Source of the DNA: Bigelowiella natans CCMP2755
Taxonomy: Eukaryota > Protista > Cercozoa
NCBI GenBank assembly: GCA_000320545.1
Contig: ADNK01001890.1
Location: forward strand, 73,800-137,799
Length of the DNA stretch: 64,000 bases
Direction: 5' to 3'
Shown here: in pieces, positions 52,681-61,417 of the stretch
Numbering within the stretch: the first letter of the stretch is position 1
Layout: the number at the start of each line of letters is the position of its first letter
Notes under the pieces: model-generated
Seen by the model: the letters and a program-made list of their open reading frames with translations, nothing else
What the model was told of the DNA's origin: nothing
The model's database searches: none
Position numbers and translations under genes: made by a program

Positions 52681-53681
52681 AAACTATTACACAGAACGCT
52701 TCTTGGCCAGTAAAGGGTATGAAACCGGTCTATTGGAATCACTTCCGAGCTGGTAAGTGTGCACTTATTGCTGCTCGTGCCATTCATTAGTTCTAGAATT
52801 CGTGTATGTACTTCCTACAAATTTTCGAGCAGTGCGTGTAACCGACCACACTAGCACAGTATGCGCGTATGCATGCATGAATGAGGTGCATGAGCTATGA
52901 CAAGATACGATGAGCAGCGCACGGTGTCAGCATGTCTGGCTAGACTGGCTGCCATAAAGTTTAATGTTGGAGCAGCTAGCTAGGCACTTGTAGTCTCTAG
53001 AGCTCGCAGTGCGTGCTGTCTCATAGCAATCAATGCTAGAATGATGCAGCTATTATGAAGCATGAAGCAAATAAATATGTGATCGAGCACGCACATCTCT
53101 CGTCTAGATTTAACTATCTGCTACGTACATGCACACATGTACCACGGCATGCTAGCATGTCGTATGTCGTCTAGCTATAATAGTCTCGTACTTTAGAAAC
53201 CTAGAAATGCTAGCTCTAGAATGCTAGAATGCGTTGGCGTACTCGCATTATTATCTATAGCTAGATAGTTATCATCATGCACACGAGCTAGATATGTCAT
53301 TGTTGGCGGCGTACATACATGTACAGAGAAAATTAAAGTTGGTTATCGATTTAGCATTCTGAGATGAATTTCGCAGCGCGGCCGCTTACGCTGTGCGCAT
53401 AGTTTTAATATGTAGCATTGTTCACTGCATCAATTAAGACTCTTATAAAAATTGCAATCAATGTACTGCAAAACAATCTTGAGAAATCTCTGGGAGGTAG
53501 AATTACTCTTCACGACTAGACGAGAAGAAACAAGCCGTTGTTAACTTATTTCTTCTGTTGCGTTTCAATAAATACCACTTGCCAGTCAATGCTTCGTTAT
53601 GATACCTTCTTTTCAATTCGTTGCTGCTGCTGCTGCTGCTGCTGGTGGTGGTGGTGGTGGTGGTGGTGGTGGTGGTATTGG

Positions 53682-54100
53682 CTATTTCGCAGCAGCCTTA
53701 CCTTGATTGGCAACAGCATTCACCGCGCTTTCCAATTCCTGAGCAAACAAACAAATACACTGAAGGAAGTGCCAACGCTAGTTGGAAAAACAAAACAATC
53801 TAGTGTCATCGTCCGTCTCTGAGAAAATGCTTAGTACATACCTCTTCCGATGCCAAATAATACTTCGAGATGGGATTGAGATTTTCGTCGAGGTTATAGA
53901 TCAAAGGAATACCTGATTCATTTCATCATGAATCGATAATCAAACTATGATGATTGTAAGCAAGAACCACCAAGTATTATTATTATTATTATTAGTAGTA
54001 GTAGTAGTAGTAGTACTATGGCATGAAAATACCAGTTGGTATGTTGAGACCGGTAATATCCTAAGAAAAATAATGTATAATATAAATATGATGTTTATAT

Positions 54101-54140
<40 letters not shown>

Positions 54141-56350
54141 TATTCACTTTTTGTGACGGTGGAGATCTTACCGTTGCAATTAGGAGTTATTACAAGCAAC
54201 AGGCTGTTTATATTGTGAAGATAATCAAACTCCTCCTACCTCTTCTGAAATTCCATCTAGATGTTTTACAAGTGCACGCAGACTGTTGCCTTTATATTGA
54301 ACAAATGGCATCATCGATTAGTCGCTACTACAACTCCTAAGCAAAATAAGAAGCAATTGACCATGAGCTGCGACGAGAACATTCTTTCCTTCTTTAATGC
54401 TAAATAGGAGGAACAAATGCCAGTAGTGGCAAATTATCGGTAAGAAGTTTCCTTCAAGAATCTACTAGTAAGACTTTCAGCAGCAGCAGTAGATAAACAA
54501 ATGAATAAAACAATGACTACCCAAAAAAAGCAGCAGCAAGCAAAGCAGTCACCTGGTTGTAATTTCATCTTCCCAATATGGGATCACGCGCTCCACAGTG
54601 TTCTTGAGAGACTCAGATAGAGGAAGTTGCTCCTTGGAAAGGCTTGCATATTGTCGAAGGTTTCCTGCCACGTAGTATGTGCATACATGATGATAATAAT
54701 AATGAGTGGGAAGAAGGCAACAACACGCCATTCTCAGAAGACAATGGTCCTAAGTTTGATTCTCGTTATTTTCTATTGCTTTAAATTCTTCTTAGCAAGG
54801 CAATAATATTCGTGTCGGTGCATAAAACGTATGTGTGAGTGAGTGAGTGAATGAATAGGCAGTAGCACCCTTATCTCTGGGATCTCCTTCTTCAATCGGT
54901 GGGGGAGGAATATCGTATGAACGCCTCCATATCTTAACCATGTCTTCCCCATGTTTCGCTGCTGTTTCAGCTTTATTCAAACCCTGGTAGAAACATCATT
55001 GGAGGCATTACCTTATATATTTATTGACTTCGGTATCATACAATGAATATGGGGAGGACCAGCTTCAACAAATACCTCAAGACCACCATAATGGCGCTCG
55101 TTGAGCCTCCAGTCTTTAATTACCTGAACGGTGGATGGGTAGGTGGATACAACAAGAACACAATAACCCTACTAACTAACAACACAAAGTAGTATTCGCG
55201 ATGATAGACAGGAAAAGATTGTAGTAGATATCCTACCGGGATCCAATGAAGGCCCATCTCACCTATGCACTGAATGAAGAAGAAAAAAAGAAAAAAGAAG
55301 AAAAAAGAAGAAAGTAGTAGAGCAGAAAATGAAGATCAACATTCTGAATACTACAGTATTTTATGAATATATGAGAGGGAAACCAATTGCAGATTTATTT
55401 TTTGCACATCAATCGTCATCGTCGATTTCTTCGCGGCAACAAACATGTATAGAAAATGTATGGTGATCAATGGGTAACCAAATCGAGGGTGTCGATGGCG
55501 CGCTTGAGCAAGGATGTGTAAGCTAAATCAAACTTTATGCAACAATACAATTTATCAGAAAGAGAAAAGTAGTAAAACAACATAGGCGATTAATTGTTTA
55601 ATTTGTGAATTACACATGCACAACTTGTACTACTCGTAGTACTACTACCACTACCTCAAAACCGGCTTCTTTGAGTCTCTGGCCTGCAGTCTGTCCTTCC
55701 AGGACTCCTTTCTCAGAGAGACCAACATCAGCCCAACCAGTAAACAGGTTCTTAGCATTCCAGTCGCTCTCTCCATGACGCACCAACACCTAGAAATTAC
55801 AATTCTTCCTTTAACAACAACAAGATTTTAAAAAATACTCGTTTCCTGAAGTACAAGTGTGTGCTTGGTCCCTGGTGGCGTCTCCTGTCTTTTCACCTGA
55901 ATGAGTTAGCGTCTAATGTCAAGGTAATTGTTCTCCACAAAATCCGTGTCTGCAGAAGTAAGTGATTGTCTAGTGATGAATCAGTTGGTGAAATAAGACC
56001 GCTTGACATCCCAGAGTATTTCTTATTGAATTCGATGTCCGCTGCATCCGCTGGCCTTCGAAAATGTTGACCCGATGAGAAGTGGGCTTGGAGTAGCGAA
56101 GTGAATTTCTAGCTCGTTGAAATGACTGCTGCTGCCGGATCACTTTGGATCCTTTCAGTGACTGCGGACGACTGATGTTGTTGCCCAGCAGTTGAGGGCC
56201 CTACCAACACAAAGATTCTCGAAATGGGAAGAAATAGTTGATATACAGATTACTAAAGATTAGGTAGAGTGATACCATGGTTAAAAATAGAGACACGCTG
56301 AATCCCATAATAACCGCTGCTTTTAAAGTGCTGCATCGGTCTCCCCTCAT
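53682..56350 (-). CDS. gpmA: 2,3-bisphosphoglycerate-dependent phosphoglycerate mutase (dPGM) with N-terminal bipartite targeting leader
   Basis: Spliced exons give [115 protein letters not shown] and [11 protein letters not shown]-stop. Confidence 0.95.
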
Positions 56351-56528
56351 TGTTACTGTAGCAAAAAATGACGAGTAAAGATAATGTTATATAAGAGGGG
56401 TTGTTTTGGGAGAGGGTTTCTGCTGCGATAAATTAAGTTGTGTACAAATTAATAATGTGAAAGACTTTAATAAGGCGGCTTTTTGTTGGAAGTACATCGC
56501 GTGTTTGTTTTTGTTTTTGATTTTGTTT

Positions 56529-56563
<35 letters not shown>

Positions 56564-57098
56564 ATTGTTTCCTAGTAGTAGACCCGAGTTGTTATTGATG
56601 AGAGATCAAGTTTTGCCTGCTACCTAACTGACCGAACAACATAGCTGGGAAGTCAAGGGCGCGAAAAGATTAACTAACTAACTAACTAACTAACCGAGAA
56701 AGAAGAGATTCTAGCTTCGAGCAACTATTTCATATAGCTGGGCAGTCAAGGATGCGATTAGAAAAATACTAACTAGATCATTAGCCTGGCAAAAAATAAA
56801 TCTAAGTTCTTCTGAAGATGTCCAGATGTCCGTCTATCTATCACCAAGATGACAACAATGACAATAACTCAATCACTTGAAAATAAGGAAACAATAATTG
56901 GATATACATCTAATAAGTTGCTGCTGCGACTACAACAACTACTACAACAACTACTACTACTACACTACAAGCAGCGCACTAACAAGGAGCCCGGCACGCT
57001 ACTAAGCATTCTCAGGAGCAGTGGTGCATTTCCAATCCATACCTCACGGCACGGATAAGGCTGTGGAAGAAAATTCTCATCGGACACACTAACCTCGT
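56351..57098. promoter_or_regulatory. Probable bidirectional promoter/5' UTR region between dPGM and THOC3
   Basis: About 750 bp between divergent start codons. Contains a duplicated motif atagctggg.agtcaagg..gcga (about 56641 and 56734) and a (CTAA)n run. Confidence 0.45.
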
Positions 57099-59868
57099 AT
57101 GGACTTTTCCAAGTTCTTTGATGAGACGGGCAAAAAGTGGAGGTATTGGCAACCGGCATGGATCCCATCTCAAGAAAGCAAAGAATTCGCACAGTACAGC
57201 AAGAAGGAGTATTCTGGCCAAACAAAATTTGTCAAAGGGGTTGTACAGCTAACTTTAATGAATATGGCGGATTGTATACACCTTATAGTGCTGTAACAAA
57301 AAACCAAATTGTTTGGTAAATGCTCGTTCAGATCGCTTGGAGTGTGGATGGAGAGAAGCTAGCTGCAGCCTCTGATTGTTCAGTTCATCTGTATCGTCCC
57401 AAGAGCTCAAAGCACGTGGTAGATACTAGATGCGAATGAAACTCGTGATCATGCTAACGTCATGATTATCACAACATAACGTTATTATCTAAAATCTCGA
57501 ATGTTCATTCATCAGAGGGAACTTAAGGGACACAAGGACACGGTGGCTCAGATCGTATGGGATCCAACAAACCCACATTCATTGGCTTCTGCTGGGAAAG
57601 ATTCCTCGGTCAGTTTTCTATCGGTCTATTGCTCCCCCCTAAAGGGATAATAGCAGATGCTGTGCAGAATTTTGACTTAGTTTGAGGAGATGGATATTGA
57701 TTAATGGGCCAGGTCAAGATTTGGGACTCGAGACAGAGCGGCTGTGTTCGGAATATAGAAGCAAAGGTCGCATTAGATTAATGGACTTCTTGCAATGACT
57801 TTTTCGACCTTAACCCTCCATTCTCATTCTCTTCATTTTCTGTATTGTCGCAATTCTGTCAGGGGAAAAATCTCAATATAACGTGGTCTCCTCTTGGAAA
57901 CTATATTGCGGTAGTGAATAAGTGCTCTTAAGTGAGTAACTGTCACGTAATATTCAATTTTAGCGCTTCGTCATTTTCACGTTTTATTTTCAATTTCATG
58001 GATTTGTAGGTTGTAATTTTCCTCAATCCTTTTTCACAGGTGAGCAAGCAGGTAAGCACCGTAAAGGACGTTGTATCGGTCATTGATGTCAGAAAAGGCG
58101 GAAAGATTATCCAAAGGAAGGAATTCCCGTTTATGGTCATTTTTCCAATAATTTTTATCAAATCTTTTAAAATGAAACAGTGAATTTTAGATTGAATCTC
58201 AGAAACGGGCAGCACTCATTTTGCTATCGATGTTTTTCTAATTTTACGACAACTAATTTCCAGGTTCATGGCATGTGTTGGGATCGTACCGAGAAATACT
58301 TTCTGATTACTACAGGGAATGGAACAATCGACGTAAGTGTACCTAAATTGCAATTCAACTCGTAGAAGTATAATTGTGAGAACTTCCATCGCATTAGATT
58401 ATGGAATTTCCAAAGATTGCACCTGCGCTCACGATAGAAGCTCATACGGTAACTTTATTGGTGGAAAGTAAAGATAACACTCTGCGAGAATGGAAATTTC
58501 AAGAATCTAGAAATTTGTGCTTTTTTCGTTGGTTATGATCAAATATAAAATTGGACTTTATGAAGCCATCGCCACATCTCATGCGTTATTCATCTACCCC
58601 AGGGTCATTGCCACTGCCTTGAGATCAGCCAGGATGGTATCACATATATCACACGCTCACATTTTACAATCATAAAAAAATGAATGCTTCTCTGCATGTT
58701 TGAAGAATTTCGCTACAAAGTTGTAACAGCATAAATCAGTCAATTTGATCTTTGAATTTGACTTAGGAACGCTTTTGGCGACTGGTGGTGTTGATACAGT
58801 AGTCCAAGTTTGGGATACGAGAGATATGGTACGTTCTCAATCTAAATAATGTTGCACTGTAGGAGAAATCTAAGGGTGCCATTTTGTTCACAAAGTGTTG
58901 CGTCCGAACATTTTCAAGAATGGATGATCCTATCAGATCAATAAGGTGAGCGTAGCCTTCTTATTTATTAATCTCGACAGAATTAATTGTACTATTCGAA
59001 GAAAATATAGAACTGATTGAATGTTATTCTAATCTGTGTTTCCTTGGTCTTCACGTTTGTTTTTGGTATCCTCCAGCATATCTCATGACAAAAAATACGT
59101 TGCTTCTGTCTGCTACATTGATCGGTGAGAGAACTAATTAATTTTCGTTAGTTAAACATTCGCCCTCTTTTAGATTAAATGACGACTGGTATAAAGTGAG
59201 ATAAAATTCGATTGTTTCTGGTGCCCAATGAACAGGAATGAATCGAAGGACGCTCATGAAAGGGACAAGCATGACCGAGATTTTAGAGACTTTGTTCCTA
59301 CAAAGAGTCGCATAGATATCAGCGAGGTAGTGAAAATAGTAATAATAGAGTAATAGTTGCACAAAGGCATCAAAGATTTACGAACAGAGAGTGTCTTTGT
59401 AGCTTATAGTGATATATAAGATGTTGCTCGTACCTATCTCATTTCCATAAAACCTGTTTTCTGACGATCATTTTGTTGTTTTCAGATAGAATCTGGAAAC
59501 CATGTTCATTCTTTCGTCATGTCAAGGTTGAATTGATACATGTATATCAAATGTGTTCTTGTCACAACTACTGACATTCTCTTGAATATCTAGTTTTGAA
59601 GCCCAGGCAATTGCATTCAATCCAGTAAGATGACTTTGTTTATTATCCTTACACCCATTAAAACTAGAATGTAGCATTGATGTTGGTCACATGTTAAATA
59701 TTTACACAAAGGTTCGCAGATTGCTTGCTGTTGCCGGGAAAGCTGCGGGATATGATAACAAGAAAGGGGTTGATTCACTCCTTGTTGATTGATATCTTTC
59801 ACTCATCTAAAATAAATTTACACAAAAAGGTTGTAGCTGTGTATTCTCCACGATCGTTTACTGGATGA
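57099..59868 (+). CDS. THOC3: THO complex subunit 3 (Tex1), WD40-repeat mRNA export factor, multi-exon
   Basis: Spliced translation: IAWSVDGEKLAAAS, ELKGHKDTVAQIVWDPTNPHSLASAGKDSSVKIWDSR, NLNITWSPLGNYIAV, YFLITTGNGTIDIMEFP, IEAHTGHCHCLEISQDGTLLATGGVDTVVQVWD, CVRTFSRMDDPIRSISISHDKKYVAS. This matches the THOC3 pattern. Confidence 0.85.
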
Positions 59869-61040
59869 AATATGAGTTCCAAAAATGTTCATGCAATCGA
59901 GTCTCCGTCCCATCGATAGGTGTTGTAATCAAACGATTTGTATCAAACCCTTGTAGCTCTTGAATATCCTTTGTGGGTGCAGCGGGTACTGATAGTAGTG
60001 CCGCCTTCCGACATGCAAAGCGCGTTGGTCTGGAACAATTTCACTACATGCATAGTGTTGTCATCAATCATCATGTAAAACATGTGTGCCGGCTACACGC
60101 ACACATACACACAGGCAGACACATGGCATCATGCAAATGTCGTGTGTTGCATTGATGATCGACAAGCCATGTTGCTGCGTTGATGTTGTTTTCAAACATC
60201 GATCAATCACACCACATGACAACATTGGATGTATCGTATGATCGAATGCTTGCTAGCTTTGTCAATTCCTAGATTCACCTGGTTGTCTGGTTGTGCCAGC
60301 AAGTGCACGCAGTAGCTCTGAAGCGCCGCCCGCAGCCACCGGATCCTGGCATGGATGGGGGAACCGCCCCCAACATTCTCTGCAACCAGTCCACGTGGCG
60401 TTGTTGCATGTCCAAAGTCGCGACTAGTTGTTGCCTACGGTCTGAAGTGCGTGTCGCGGCGAATTGCAGTTTCCAACTGCAAGACAAGACTTCACTTCAC
60501 TTCAATTTGATGCAACATGCGTGCACTTCACACGCACACTGCGTGCGCACCTGCACACGTGTATTGTGCACTTTGGTTGTGCACGTGTGCGTCACCAAAG
60601 GAAACGTCAACACAAAGACGCACGGCGTGCAGCAGGTTCACACACGACGACGAGCGTGACGTGTGCGTTCACGTTCTCACGGATGGCACACTGGCTGTCA
60701 TGGAGCAGTGGAGCAGTGTGACGTTTGCAGTGCACTAAGCGGGTTTCACTCCCCCGGGTTTTGGTCCGTGTCACGTTCGGCAGTTTTGCCCCGGCGTCAG
60801 CCGGGAAAATTTGTTCGATTTCACCCAAAAGAGTGCAATTTTCGCGTCATCAAATTCCTCAATGTTTTCTTCAAAAACCATCCACAAAGTGCCCAGTGAA
60901 ATTGCCCAAAACGTGTGCGCATCACACTTTTTCTTTGCGGATGCTGCCAAGTCATCACTGGGTGCGATGGATGCTGCACACGCTGGAACAGGCCAGCAGC
61001 TAGGCACACACGTGATGCATGGCCAGGTGGTACGCGCGCT

Positions 61041-61366
61041 TGTTGCGCGTAAGGTGTTCACAGGCCGAGGCGCTACGTGCACAAGTAGGCAGGGGGGGGG
61101 AAAGGCACGTTTGCTTCCTTTTGAAGAGTTGTGTTTATTTTTATTAAAGATTATATTTTTATTAAATCGTGCACTGCGTAATCATTCGCGAAGCTTTCGC
61201 GAATGCCGCCGCACGTGGGGCAGCACACTTCCGGTGTGCTGCCATGAGTCCCGCCGGAACCCACGTGCCTATGCTGTATTAATATCTACGTTATCTATAT
61301 TCTATATCCGCGACAACCCCTTTGTTGTCGCACGTGACTTGTGCCCGCGTAGTGGTACGCGCTACA
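61041..61366 (-). repeat. 3' LTR (326 bp) of the Gypsy element
   Basis: On the minus strand it starts TGTAGCGCGTA directly after a G-rich tract (GGGGGAGG, 61367-61374) and ends TACGCGCAACA. This gives TG..CA termini and a 10/11 terminal inverted repeat. AATAAA near 61134-61139. Confidence 0.8.
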
Positions 61367-61417
61367 CCTCCCCCAAGTCACGTTGCTCCTTCCTTCCTTC
61401 CTTATTCCCTTAGACCT

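Noticed and set aside
56670-56695. (CTAA)n as an interstitial telomere
   Set aside because: Only about 5 units and not a recognised telomeric unit such as TTAGGG; treated as an SSR.
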